Shown: one piece after another, positions 1 to 11,794 of the stretch
How the letters are laid out: every line of letters starts with the position of its first letter
Numbering within the stretch: the first letter of the stretch is position 1
Assembly: GCA_947581645.1 (NCBI GenBank)
Contig: CANPVF010000126.1
Location: forward strand, 140-64,139
Source: Candidatus Caribbeanibacter nitroreducens
Lineage (GTDB): Bacteria > Gemmatimonadota > Gemmatimonadetes > Palauibacterales > Palauibacteraceae
DNA length: 64,000 bases
Reading direction: 5' to 3'
The notes under the pieces: model-generated
The model's input: only the letters and a program-made list of their open reading frames with translations
Databases searched by the model: none
Told to the model about the DNA's origin: nothing
Made by a program: the position numbers and the translations under genes

Positions 1-697
1 CCATGCCCTCCCGGTGCGCCCGTCGGCAGAAGCCGGAGCTCACCACCCGGATGCCCCACCGCTTCTCCGGGACCATGGCGGCGTCTGCTCCCGGGGACGA
101 GGCCAGGCCGTCGAGCCCGATCTTCCCCAGGAGGACGAAGGGGAGGAGCTCGTCCTGGTAGGCACATCGCCACCGGGCCGCCCCGGCGGCGGGCGCCACC
201 TCCTCCGGGTCGAAGCCCCCGACGACGATCCGGTCCCGGTGGTCGCTCCCCTCCCCCCGGAGCCACGTCGCGAGCGCCCGGCCGGCCCGCGCACTCTTCA
301 CCTCCACGATCATGGGGAGCTGACCGGTGGACGCGGCCACCTCGCCCAGGGTCGGTACCCGGACGCCCTGGCCCCGGTACGGGTGGCTCCGGCCCCGGTC
401 CGGCGTGTAGGCGTGGCCGGCGTCGAGCTCCTTCAGCTCGTCCAGGCTCATCTCCTCCACCGCGCCGGTGCCGTCGGTGGTCCGGTCCACGGTCTCGTCG
501 TGGATCACCACGGGTTCGCCGTCGCGGGTGCACTGGAGGTCGAACTCCACGCCGTCGGCGCCGACCTCGGCGGCGTGCCGGAAGCCCGGAAGCGTGTTCT
601 CGGGGGCCACGGCGGCCGCTCCCCGGTGCCCCACGGCCCGGACGGAGGTGCCGGGGCCGAAGGGGGCGGAGGAGGCCCTGTCGGTGGAGTCGGTCAT
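1..697 (-). CDS. glycerophosphodiester phosphodiesterase (GDPD family), C-terminus runs off window start
   Basis: Minus-strand translation from the ATG at 695-697 gives MTDSTDRASSAPFGPGTSVRAVGHRGAAAVAPENTLPGFRHAAEVGADGVEFDLQCTRDGEPVVIHDETVDRTTDG. The HRG..APENTL..E(F)D..HD motifs are the GDPD signature. It is antisense to the spurious plus ORF 14..802. Confidence 0.7.
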   Translation of the reverse strand, partial: MTDSTDRASSAPFGPGTSVRAVGHRGAAAVAPENTLPGFRHAAEVGADGVEFDLQCTRDGEPVVIHDETVDRTTDGTGAVEEMSLDELKELDAGHAYTPDRGRSHPYRGQGVRVPTLGEVAASTGQLPMIVEVKSARAGRALATWLRGEGSDHRDRIVVGGFDPEEVAPAAGAARWRCAYQDELLPFVLLGKIGLDGLASSPGADAAMVPEKRWGIRVVSSGFCRRAHREGM

Positions 698-870
698 CTC
701 CCGTCCTCTCCCGGCGTCTCCCGGCATCTCCCGGTCGCGGCGGAGCCGTCCCCGTCGACGGCGCGCCGCCGGCCATCGGTTCGAAGCGACGGACCGCTAT
801 AATGGAGGCCCGGTGCCCGCCGCACGAGCCCCGACCGTTCGGGCCCCCGCTCACTCCCGCTCCCGCCGCG

Positions 871-2043
871 ATGCGCGTCCTGATCTGTCCGACGGCCTTC
901 AAGGGATCGCTGGGCGCCGCCCGCGCGGCCCGTGCCATGGAGGAGGGCGTGCGGAGGGCGCTGCCCGGTGCCGCGTGCACGCGGCTGCCCCTCTCCGACG
1001 GCGGACCGGGGCTGATCGAATCCCTGGAGAGCGCCGGGGCGGGCCGGATCGTGGAGGCGGGGGACGTGTCCGGCCCGGCGCCGGCAGGGGACGCCACCAC
1101 CACGGGCGATCGCTCCCGCGCTGAGGTCCGGGGACGGGTCCTCCTGCTGGACGGGGGACGGACCGCGGTGGTGGAGTCCGCCGACGCGTGCGGCCTCGCC
1201 CTCCTCCCGCCGGAGGCCCGCGACCCGCTGACCACCCACACCCGGGGGGTGGGCGACCTCCTGCTGGCCGCCATGGACCGGGAGCCGGCCCGCCTGGTCG
1301 TGGGCCTGGGCGGATCCGCGACCTGCGACGGCGGCTCGGGCGCCGCGCGAACCGTCGGCTACCGCTTCCTCGACGAGCGGGGCGGCGAGCTCCCGGACGG
1401 TGGCGGCTCGCTGGTCGATCTCGCCGACATTCGCCGCCCCGCGGGATCTTCCGGGGACGGAAGCGCGTCCCGGGCGGTGCCGGAGCTCCTGGCGCTGGCC
1501 GACGTGGACAACCCCCTCCTGGGGCCGGAGGGCGCGGCGGCCACCTACGCCCCTCAGAAGGGGGCGGACCCTGCGGGCGTGGAGCGGCTGGAGGCGGGGC
1601 TGAGACGGCTCGTGGAGGTGGCGTCCCGGGACCTGGAGGCCGACCCGGGCCGGGTCCGGGCCGCGGCCGACCGGCCCGGCGCCGGCGCCGCCGGCGGACT
1701 GGCCTTCGGGCTGGAGGTGTTCCTGGGCGCCCGGGTGGTCGGCGGCACCGACTGGGTCCTGCGGCGGGTGGGGTTCGGCGACGCCCTGGAGGACGCGGAC
1801 CTGGTGGTCAGCGGAGAGGGGGCCTACGACCGGACCACGGAGCGGGGAAAGGTCGTGGGGGAGGTGATCCGCCGGGCGCGGGAGGCCGGGGTGCCGGTAC
1901 GGCTCGTCTGCGGGCGGATCGAGGGCGAGCTCCCGCCCGGCGTACGGGGAGAGGACGGCGGCGGACGCGTGCTGGACGCCGGGGGCGTGGCGGCCGCCGC
2001 CGAGCGCGTGCTGCGCAGGGAGCCGCCGACGGGCGGTGACTGA
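871..2043 (+). CDS. glycerate kinase (GarK/GlxK family)
   Basis: Internal start MRVLICPTAFKGSLGAARAARAMEEGVRRALPGAAC matches the glycerate kinase N-terminus (MKIVIAPDSFKGSL) and the protein has a glycine-rich C-terminal half. The first 23 codons of ORF 802..2043 lack this homology. Confidence 0.8.
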   Translation: MRVLICPTAFKGSLGAARAARAMEEGVRRALPGAACTRLPLSDGGPGLIESLESAGAGRIVEAGDVSGPAPAGDATTTGDRSRAEVRGRVLLLDGGRTAVVESADACGLALLPPEARDPLTTHTRGVGDLLLAAMDREPARLVVGLGGSATCDGGSGAARTVGYRFLDERGGELPDGGGSLVDLADIRRPAGSSGDGSASRAVPELLALADVDNPLLGPEGAAATYAPQKGADPAGVERLEAGLRRLVEVASRDLEADPGRVRAAADRPGAGAAGGLAFGLEVFLGARVVGGTDWVLRRVGFGDALEDADLVVSGEGAYDRTTERGKVVGEVIRRAREAGVPVRLVCGRIEGELPPGVRGEDGGGRVLDAGGVAAAAERVLRREPPTGGD

Positions 2044-2058
2044 CCGGGCGGTCGGCCG

Positions 2059-4485
<2,427 letters not shown>

Positions 4486-4882
4486 CGACGTCGTTCCGGT
4501 CTGGTGTGGGCGCTCGCGGCTCTGGCGGCGAACCGCTGGCTGCGACGGGCAGGGCTCGTGGGATAAGAGTAGCGGCGGACCGCGGGATCGCACAGCGCCC
4601 CGTAGGGACGGGAGGCGGTGGCCGCCGCCGGGCCCGGGCCGCGCCCGGGTCCGGAGATCTCCGGCCCGCCCCCCTGCACTTCTTGCAGGACCCGTCCGGC
4701 CGCTCCTATCCTTCGTCACCACGCGGCGCCGGGCGGCCGCCCGTCCGCACGATCCAGTCGCGAGTCGCGCGCCGGGACGCGAGACGTTCAGCACCGCGCG
4801 CACCGAGCGGGCCTCTCCCGCGAACCGCCGCCCGCCCCGCCCGACGCGACGAGACCAGTCAGGCCAGCACACGCGAGGAACG

Positions 4883-6292
4883 ATGACGGACCAGAGCGAG
4901 ACCGAGCAGGCGACGGCCGCGGCCGGGACCGACCGGCCGGAGGAGGCGCCGGACCATCCCCCGGAGCTCATGGACAAGCTCCGGTCCCTCTCCAAGCAGC
5001 GGGGCTTCATCTTCCAGTCGTCCGAGATCTACGGGGGGATCGGATCCGTCTACGACTACGGCCCCCTGGGGGTGGAGCTGAAGCAGAACATCCGCTCCGC
5101 CTGGTGGGAGGCGATGGTCCACCAGCGTCCCGACATCGAGGGGCTGGACGCCGGCATCCTCATGAATCCCCGGGTGTGGGAGACCTCCGGGCACGTGGAG
5201 GGCTTCACCGATCCCCTGGTGGAGTGCCGGAACTGCCACCGCCGCTTCCGGGCCGACGAGCTGGACGAGATCGAGGCCGGCCGCCCGGAGGAGCAGCAGT
5301 GTCCGGTGTGCGGGGTCACCGGCGAATTCACGGAGCCCCGGCAGTTCAACCTCCTGTTCAAGACCTTCATGGGGGCCGTGGAAGACGAGAGCAGCGTGGC
5401 GTACCTGCGGCCCGAGACGGCGCAGGGCATCTACGTCAACTTCCGGAACGTGCAGGAGACCGGCCGCCAGAAGATCCCCTTCGGGATCGCCCAGGTCGGG
5501 AAGGCGTTCCGGAACGAGATCACCCCCGGGAACTTCATCTTCCGGACGCGCGAGTTCGAGCAGATGGAGATGCAGTACTTCGTGGAGCCGGGCACCGACG
5601 AGGAGTGGTTCGAGACCTGGCGCGAGGCGCGGATGGAGTGGCTCACCGACAGCCTGGGGATCCGGGCCGACCGCCTCCGGTTCGAGCCCCACGGCCCCGA
5701 CGAGCTGCCGCACTACGCCAAGCGCGCCGTGGACATCCAGTACCGGTTCCCCTTCGGCTGGGCGGAGTTCGAGGGCATCCACAACCGCACGGACTACGAC
5801 CTGAGCCGGCACCAGGAGGAGTCGGGGAAGAAGCTCTCCTACTACGACCAGAAGGAGGAGCGGCGGTACGTCCCCTACGTCGTCGAGACGTCGACGGGCC
5901 TGGACCGCACCTTCCTGGTGGTGCTGGCCGACGCCTACGAGGAGGAGGAGATCGACGGCGACGAGCGGACCGTCCTCCGCCTCTCCCCGGAGCTCGCCCC
6001 GGTGACCGCCGCCGTCTTCCCGCTGGTCAACAAGGAGGGCATGCCGGAGGTGTCGGAGCGGATCACCGAGGACCTCAGGGAGCAGGGCTTCAACGTCTCC
6101 CACGACGATTCCGGCTCCATCGGCCGCCGCTATCGGCGGCAGGACGAGGCCGGCACGCCGTTCTGCATCACCGTGGACGGCCAGACCCTGGACGACGACA
6201 CGGTGACGGTGCGCGACCGGGACACGACCGAGCAGGACCGGGTGGCGGCGGCTCGTCTGGGCGAGTACCTGGACGACGCCCTGGACGGGTGA
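4883..6292 (+). CDS. glyQS: glycyl-tRNA synthetase, homodimeric alpha2 (eukaryote/archaea-like) type
   Basis: Start MTDQSETEQ is residue 203 of ORF 4277..6292. Class II motifs such as FRNEITPGNFIFRTREFEQMEMQYF and the anticodon-binding domain are present. Confidence 0.9.
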   Translation: MTDQSETEQATAAAGTDRPEEAPDHPPELMDKLRSLSKQRGFIFQSSEIYGGIGSVYDYGPLGVELKQNIRSAWWEAMVHQRPDIEGLDAGILMNPRVWETSGHVEGFTDPLVECRNCHRRFRADELDEIEAGRPEEQQCPVCGVTGEFTEPRQFNLLFKTFMGAVEDESSVAYLRPETAQGIYVNFRNVQETGRQKIPFGIAQVGKAFRNEITPGNFIFRTREFEQMEMQYFVEPGTDEEWFETWREARMEWLTDSLGIRADRLRFEPHGPDELPHYAKRAVDIQYRFPFGWAEFEGIHNRTDYDLSRHQEESGKKLSYYDQKEERRYVPYVVETSTGLDRTFLVVLADAYEEEEIDGDERTVLRLSPELAPVTAAVFPLVNKEGMPEVSERITEDLREQGFNVSHDDSGSIGRRYRRQDEAGTPFCITVDGQTLDDDTVTVRDRDTTEQDRVAAARLGEYLDDALDG

Positions 6293-6385
6293 TCCGGGAC
6301 CCCGTGTGGACGCGCGCCGGGCTCCCTCGCCACAGCTGACCCCGCCCGGTCGCGTGTCGGTGACTCCACCCGGCCACGTGTCGAC

Positions 6386-7891
6386 GTGAGCCTCGAGGTC
6401 GGCGAGATCCGGGCCCGCGCGGAGGAGTTCGAGCCGCGCCTGCGGGACGAGCTCCTCCAGGCGCGGGCGGGGCTCCGGACGCGTCCCGAGTTCGCCCGCC
6501 TCTACCGGGACCACCCGGACCTGGGCGACCGGGACCTCCTGGCCGACGTGGAGCGAGCCATGGCGGGTGCCGAGCCGGAGGAGGAGCGCCGGCTGCGCTG
6601 CCTGCTGGAGTGGGTGGCCGAACACCAGGTGGAGCGCTCGGTGGCCCCGCTCATGGACGAGTACTTCGCCTGGGAGGCCACCAGCACGGTGGACCTCGAG
6701 GATCAGGAGACGCCCCTGCGCCAGCTGGCCCGGGTCGTGGCGCGCGAGGAGGATCCGTCCCGGCGGCGCGAGCTGCAGGGCGTCTCCGAGGAGATCCTCG
6801 AGGACTCCGTCTCTCTCCGCTTCGACATCCTGGAGCGCGAGCGGGACGCCGTGCGGGACCTGGGCTACGGCGGCTACCTGGAGGCCCTGGAGCGCTTCGG
6901 GAGGCAGAGCTATCGCCCACTGCTGGCCCGGGGGAAGCGGGTGGCCGACGCCACGGAGTCCCTGTACCGCGAGCACCTGCGGCTCCACCTGGCCCGACAG
7001 GGCGTGGAGCCCGGGGACGCCAGCCGGGGGGACGAGCTCGCCCTCCGCCGCCGGCCCTTTCCCCCGGGCCCCGGGGCCGGCCCCTCGGTCGACGCCGTCC
7101 GGGACCTCCTGCGGCGGGACCTGGCGGCCCTGGACCTCCGGCTGTCGGGCCTCGGCGACGTTCGGATGGACGTGGAGCAGCGGCCGCTGAAGCGCCCCGA
7201 GTCCTTCTGCGCGGCGCCCGAGGTCCCGGGACGGATCGTGGGGGTGGTGGCCGGCTACGGCGGCTGGAGCGACGCCCACGACTTCATGGGCGTGGCGGGG
7301 ACGGCGCTCAGCCTCAGCCACCTGGACCCGGGCCTGCCCTTCGAGGATCGCTACCTGGGGGATCCCTCCATGGGATACTGCTGGGACGCCCTCTTCCGGG
7401 AGCTCCTGGGCCGCCCGGCGTGGCTCGAGCGCCTCGAGCTGTCCCGGGAGCGGCGGGAGGCCTTCGCCCGCTTCGCCGCGTGGGTCGACCTGCTGGACTT
7501 CCGCCGGGACGTGGCGCGCCTGGAGTTCGAGCTGGACCTGTGGGAGGAGCGGGAGCCGGGATCCGTGGTGCAGGCCTTCGCCGACCGCATGGCGGCAGCG
7601 ACGGGCTTCCGGCCGCCTCCGCAGATCTTCCTGGAGGTGGTCGGCGGCGGCCTGCAGGTGGCCCGGCGGCTCCGCGGGCGCCTGCTCGCCGACCGGCTGG
7701 GAGCCGAGCTCACCGACCGCTTCGGTGAGGACTGGTTCCGGAACCCGTCGGCCGGCCCGTTCCTGGCGGAGCTGCTGGCCGGCGGGTGGCGGGAGTCGCG
7801 CCGCAGGCTCCGGCCCGACGAGGACGAGGAGAAGCGGGACGCCGGGGAGGTCGCCGCCCGATTCCGGAAGCGACTCGGGGGGGCGCCGTGA
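6386..7891 (+). CDS. hypothetical protein (501 aa, no recognisable catalytic motif)
   Basis: GTG-initiated ORF with protein-like composition. Its stop overlaps the next gene's GTG start (GTGA). No HExxH or nucleotide-binding motif was seen. Confidence 0.5.
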   Translation: MSLEVGEIRARAEEFEPRLRDELLQARAGLRTRPEFARLYRDHPDLGDRDLLADVERAMAGAEPEEERRLRCLLEWVAEHQVERSVAPLMDEYFAWEATSTVDLEDQETPLRQLARVVAREEDPSRRRELQGVSEEILEDSVSLRFDILERERDAVRDLGYGGYLEALERFGRQSYRPLLARGKRVADATESLYREHLRLHLARQGVEPGDASRGDELALRRRPFPPGPGAGPSVDAVRDLLRRDLAALDLRLSGLGDVRMDVEQRPLKRPESFCAAPEVPGRIVGVVAGYGGWSDAHDFMGVAGTALSLSHLDPGLPFEDRYLGDPSMGYCWDALFRELLGRPAWLERLELSRERREAFARFAAWVDLLDFRRDVARLEFELDLWEEREPGSVVQAFADRMAAATGFRPPPQIFLEVVGGGLQVARRLRGRLLADRLGAELTDRFGEDWFRNPSAGPFLAELLAGGWRESRRRLRPDEDEEKRDAGEVAARFRKRLGGAP

Positions 7892-8874
7892 AGGCGTGGC
7901 AGAAGGCCCTGCTCGGAGCCGCCGGCCTGGCCGGCTACGTCCGGTGGATGGATCGGCGCAACGCGTCCCGGTCGCGCCCGCCCCTCCGGGACCTGGACGG
8001 GGAGGAGATCCCGTCGGGGCGCTTCACCTACCGCGACGGCGTCACGGTGCCCTGCGTGGACCGGGGAACGGGCCCGCCCGTGCTCCTGGTGCCCGGGGCC
8101 GACGGGGTGGTGGACACCTTCCGGTATCAGATCCCGCGCTTCTCGGAGTCCTTCCGCGTCCTGTGCGCCGGGCTCCGGAGCGAGTTCGGGCCGGAGGACG
8201 ACTTCGACCGCTTCGCCGACGACCTCCGGGAGCTGATCCGCGGCCGGGGCACGGGACCCGTGGTGCTGCTGGGCCAGAGCCTGGGCGGGGCCATCGCCAT
8301 GCGCTTCGCGTCCCGGCACCCGGAGCTGGTCCGCGCCCTGGTGCTCTCCAACACCCTCACCCGGTACACCTGGGAGCACGTGGGCCTGAACCGGACCGCG
8401 CTGGTGCCGGTGGCCCAGGCCACGACCCGCTACCTGCCGGCGCCCCTGGCCCGGGCGCTGGCCTACGGATGGGCCCGCTCCGAGGTGTGGATGTTCGACG
8501 ACTCGCCGGGGCGCGACAAGCTGGTGGACTACGTCATGGAGTGGGGGCCTCGCACGGTCTCCTCCGCCGTGGGCAGCAGGCGGGTGGACCTGCTCCGGCG
8601 GTACGGAGACCTGCGTCCCGAGCTCCCCTCCATCGGGGCCCCCACGCTGGTGGTCAAGGGCGAACGGGACGCATACTGTCCGCCGGAATGGTCCCGGGAG
8701 ATCGCAGACCTGATCCCGAACGCCCGCTACGTGCCGATTCCGGAGACGGGCCACTGCTCGCACGTCTCCATGCCGGGCCTGTTCAACGACGTCGTGCTGA
8801 CGTGGCTCACCGGGAGCTCGTCCCGCCGCGGGCGCCGGGCGGCTGCCGGGCGGGATCGTTCGGGAACATCGTGA
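7888..8874 (+). CDS. alpha/beta hydrolase fold protein
   Basis: Nucleophile elbow GQSLGGAIAM and an HG-type oxyanion region VLLVPGADG. The GTG start (VKAWQKALLG) lies in a GTGA overlap with the upstream stop. Confidence 0.75.
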   Translation: MKAWQKALLGAAGLAGYVRWMDRRNASRSRPPLRDLDGEEIPSGRFTYRDGVTVPCVDRGTGPPVLLVPGADGVVDTFRYQIPRFSESFRVLCAGLRSEFGPEDDFDRFADDLRELIRGRGTGPVVLLGQSLGGAIAMRFASRHPELVRALVLSNTLTRYTWEHVGLNRTALVPVAQATTRYLPAPLARALAYGWARSEVWMFDDSPGRDKLVDYVMEWGPRTVSSAVGSRRVDLLRRYGDLRPELPSIGAPTLVVKGERDAYCPPEWSREIADLIPNARYVPIPETGHCSHVSMPGLFNDVVLTWLTGSSSRRGRRAAAGRDRSGTS

Positions 8875-8914
8875 GCGAGCGTCGAACCGAGACGGCGACT
8901 GCAGGGGGAGTGGC

Positions 8915-10402
8915 ATGAAGGACGGGACCTTCTCGTCGCGCTGGGGGACCATGCTGGCCATGCTGGGCATGGCCGTGGGGACCGGCAACATCTGGCGGTT
9001 CCCGAAGGAGGCCGCGGCCAACGGCGGCGGCTCGTTCCTGGTCGCCTGGGTCGTCTTCCTGCTGCTCTGGTCGGTGCCGCTGATCCTGGTGGAGTTCGCC
9101 GCCGGCAAGAGCACGCGCTCCGGCCCGGTGGGGGCCCTGGCCAGGCTCACCGAGGGCGAGTTCACCTGGATGGGGGCGTTCGTCGCCTTCACGGCCACGG
9201 CCATCATGTTCTACTACTCGGTGGTCATGGGGTGGACCATCAAGTACCTGTGGGGATCCATCACGACCTCGGTCCCCATGACGTCGGCCGAAGCCGCCCG
9301 GGGATACTGGAACAGCTTCGCCGGAACCCCGTGGGCCATCATCACCCACGTGATGGCCATGGGGCTGGCCGGCGGCGTGGTGTGGAAGGGGGTCCAGGGC
9401 ATCGAGCGGGCCGCCAAGGTCCTCATCCCCAGCCTCTTCGTGCTGGTCGTGGTGCTGGCGATCCGGGCCGTGACCCTGCCCGGCGCGGGCGCCGGCCTCG
9501 AGTTCCTGTTCGAGCCGCAGTGGGGCGACCTCCTCTCCGCCCGCCTGTGGATCGAGGCCCTGACGCAGAACGCCTGGGACACCGGCGCCGGGTGGGGCCT
9601 GATCGTGGCGTACGCCGTCTACCTCCGGAAGCAGGAGGACACCGCGCTCAACTCCTTCCTGCTGGGCTTCGGCAACAACTCGGTGTCCCTGCTGGCCGGG
9701 ATCATGGTGCTGTGCACCGCCTTCTCGGTGCTCCCGGCCGACGTGGTGGAGAACCAGGTGGTGGGTGCCACGAACACGGGCCTCACCTTCATCTGGGTGC
9801 CCCAGCTCTTCGGGCAGATCCCCGGCGGCGAGGCCTTCATGGTGCTCTTCTTCCTGGCCCTGATGTTCGCCGCCTGGAGCAGCCTCATCTCCATGGTGGA
9901 GCTGGCCTCCCGCGTCCTGACCGACGTGGGGATCGGCCGGAAGAAGGCCATCGGCGCCGTCGTGACCGCCGGCCTGGTCCTGGGGCTCCCCTCGGCCCTG
10001 TCCATGGACGTGTTCACCAACCAGGACACCGTGTGGGGCATCGGCCTGATCCTGTCGGGGCTCTTCTTCGCGCTCACCGTGACCCGCTACGGCGTCGACC
10101 GCTTCCGGCAGGAGATCATCAACTCCGAGGGCGCGGACATCACCATCGGCAGGTGGTGGAACTGGGTGATCCAGTTCGTCGTCGTGGAGGCGGTGGTCCT
10201 CCTGGGCTGGTGGCTCTGGCAGGCCGTGGACCTGGAGAACCTGGCAGCCACCTTCACGCCGTTCTCCACCTACAGCGTGGGCACGATCCTCCTGCAGTGG
10301 GCCGTGCCCGTCACCGTGTTCCTGGCGCTGAACGGCTGGCTGTACGCACGGACGTCCGGCGCCGGGGAGGAGGCCTCCACGGAGGCGACGCCGGCGGGCT
10401 GA
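8915..10402 (+). CDS. sodium-dependent transporter, SNF/NSS family
   Basis: N-terminus MKDGTFSSRWGTMLAMLGMAVGTGNIWRFPKEAAANGGGSFL is the NSS signature, and the protein has about 12 predicted TM helices. Confidence 0.85.
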   Translation: MKDGTFSSRWGTMLAMLGMAVGTGNIWRFPKEAAANGGGSFLVAWVVFLLLWSVPLILVEFAAGKSTRSGPVGALARLTEGEFTWMGAFVAFTATAIMFYYSVVMGWTIKYLWGSITTSVPMTSAEAARGYWNSFAGTPWAIITHVMAMGLAGGVVWKGVQGIERAAKVLIPSLFVLVVVLAIRAVTLPGAGAGLEFLFEPQWGDLLSARLWIEALTQNAWDTGAGWGLIVAYAVYLRKQEDTALNSFLLGFGNNSVSLLAGIMVLCTAFSVLPADVVENQVVGATNTGLTFIWVPQLFGQIPGGEAFMVLFFLALMFAAWSSLISMVELASRVLTDVGIGRKKAIGAVVTAGLVLGLPSALSMDVFTNQDTVWGIGLILSGLFFALTVTRYGVDRFRQEIINSEGADITIGRWWNWVIQFVVVEAVVLLGWWLWQAVDLENLAATFTPFSTYSVGTILLQWAVPVTVFLALNGWLYARTSGAGEEASTEATPAG

Positions 10403-10456
10403 TCCGCCGCGCCGGGACGTCGGTCCGGCCCGTGTCTTGCGATTTCCAACCATCCG

Positions 10457-10990
10457 ATGACTGTCTCAGCCGACACCTTCCGAGAGACGCTCTCCTTCCT
10501 GCCCGGCGGGGTGACCGTGGTCACGGCCCGCGAGCCCGACGGCAGCCCGGCCGGGCTCACGGCCACGGCGGTCTGCTCCGTCTCGCTGCGTCCGCCCCTG
10601 GTGCTGATCTGCGTGGAGGACGGGTCCCGCACGCGGGCCGCCATCGCCCGGGAGGAGAGCTTCGCCGTGAACCTGCTGGACGAGGAGCAGGCTCCGCTGG
10701 CCCGTCGCTTCGCCGGCGGGCGCACGGACAAGTTCGACGACGTCCCGTGGGCCACGGCCGAGACGGGCGCACCGGTGCTCGAGGCCGCCGTCGGCTACGT
10801 CGACTGCCGGGTCGACCGGAGGGTCGCCGACGCCGGTGACCACGAGATCTTCATCGGAGAGGTCCGGGCGGCGGAGATCTTCCGACCCGGGGCCCAGAAC
10901 CCGCTGGTGTACTACCTGGGCGAGTACCGGGCCCTGAGGGACGTGGTGAGCACGTCGCCGTTCATGGGGTCGGAGGAGCCCGGAGGGTAG
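10457..10990 (+). CDS. flavin reductase-like FMN-binding protein
   Basis: FLPGGVTVVTAREPDGSPAGLTATAVCSVSLRPPLVLICV is typical of the HpaC/Flavin_Reduct domain. Confidence 0.8.
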   Translation: MTVSADTFRETLSFLPGGVTVVTAREPDGSPAGLTATAVCSVSLRPPLVLICVEDGSRTRAAIAREESFAVNLLDEEQAPLARRFAGGRTDKFDDVPWATAETGAPVLEAAVGYVDCRVDRRVADAGDHEIFIGEVRAAEIFRPGAQNPLVYYLGEYRALRDVVSTSPFMGSEEPGG

Positions 10991-11005
10991 ACCGCGACGC
11001 GTCCG

Positions 11006-11788
11006 ATGGACCTCGAGACCTTCCGGCAGCGGGCGGCCCGGATGCTGGAGGAGATCCCGGCGTCGTTCCAGCAGGGCGTCGACGCGGTGGAGGTCACCGA
11101 GGAGCCCGTTCCCCACCCCGATGTGCCCGGCGTATACACCCTGGGTGAGTGTCGGACCGAGGCGTGGCCCTCGGGTTACGACGAGGGTGAGTTTCGGTCC
11201 CGTCTCCTGCTGCATCACGGCTCCTTTCGGGCCCTGGCGGAGCGGGATCCGAGCTTCGACTGGACGGCGGAGCTGTGGGAGACGATTCTCCACGAGCTGC
11301 TCCACCACCGGGAGTGGGCCGCCGGTGAGATGAGCCTCGACCTGCTGGACTGGGTCGTGGAGCAGAACCACCGCCGCCACGCCGGACTCGAGTTCGACCC
11401 GGAGTTCTACCGGGCTCTCCCCGCCGACGAGGAGGGGGCCGTCCGGGTCGAGTCGGAGGCGTTCGTCGAGGGGCGCCGGGTCGGTCGCGGCGGCGAGGAC
11501 GACGAGGTCCGCTTCACCTGGCGAGGGAGCCCGTACCGACTGCGGCCGGGGCGGAGCTCCCGGCCCGGAGGCGAGCCCCCGGGCCGTGGGGAGCCGATCG
11601 GTGACGGGGAGAGGGTGACCCACCTCTTCGTCCGAGTGGACAACCTGATCGGGGGGCGCCTGTGGGTCGTCCTCCGGCGGCCCGCTCCCCGGTGGAAGCG
11701 GTGGCTGGGGCTGGAGGAGCACCGGCCGGCCGAGGCCCGCGGGCGGGCGCGTCCCGTCCGGGACGAGACCAGCGAATCCAGGAACTGA
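11006..11788 (+). CDS. hypothetical protein with zincin-like metallopeptidase motif (HELLHH)
   Basis: The N-terminal ~140 aa contain ETILHELLHHREW, an HExxH motif resembling the DUF1025 / MPTase-PolyVal-like family. The C-terminal half is Arg/Gly-rich and low complexity. Confidence 0.5.
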   Translation: MDLETFRQRAARMLEEIPASFQQGVDAVEVTEEPVPHPDVPGVYTLGECRTEAWPSGYDEGEFRSRLLLHHGSFRALAERDPSFDWTAELWETILHELLHHREWAAGEMSLDLLDWVVEQNHRRHAGLEFDPEFYRALPADEEGAVRVESEAFVEGRRVGRGGEDDEVRFTWRGSPYRLRPGRSSRPGGEPPGRGEPIGDGERVTHLFVRVDNLIGGRLWVVLRRPAPRWKRWLGLEEHRPAEARGRARPVRDETSESRN

Positions 11789-11794
11789 GGACAC

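Noticed and set aside
14-802. 262-aa plus-strand ORF at the window start
   Set aside because: Gly/Pro/Arg-rich composition typical of an off-frame high-GC artefact. The opposite strand encodes a clear GDPD-family protein (HRGAAAVAPENTLPGFRHAAEVGADGVEFD).
4545-4568. Possible T-box motif (agtagcggcggaccgcggg) in the glyQS leader
   Set aside because: Only the ACCGCG half matches. The UGGN bulge residues that pair with the tRNA NCCA end are GCGG, which is incompatible. No downstream terminator or anti-terminator with a U-run, and it lies more than 300 nt from the start codon.
4859-7321. 820-aa minus-strand ORF antisense to glyQS and the 501-aa gene
   Set aside because: Antisense to two genes with clear homology or coding signal. 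The product is low-complexity with no motifs.
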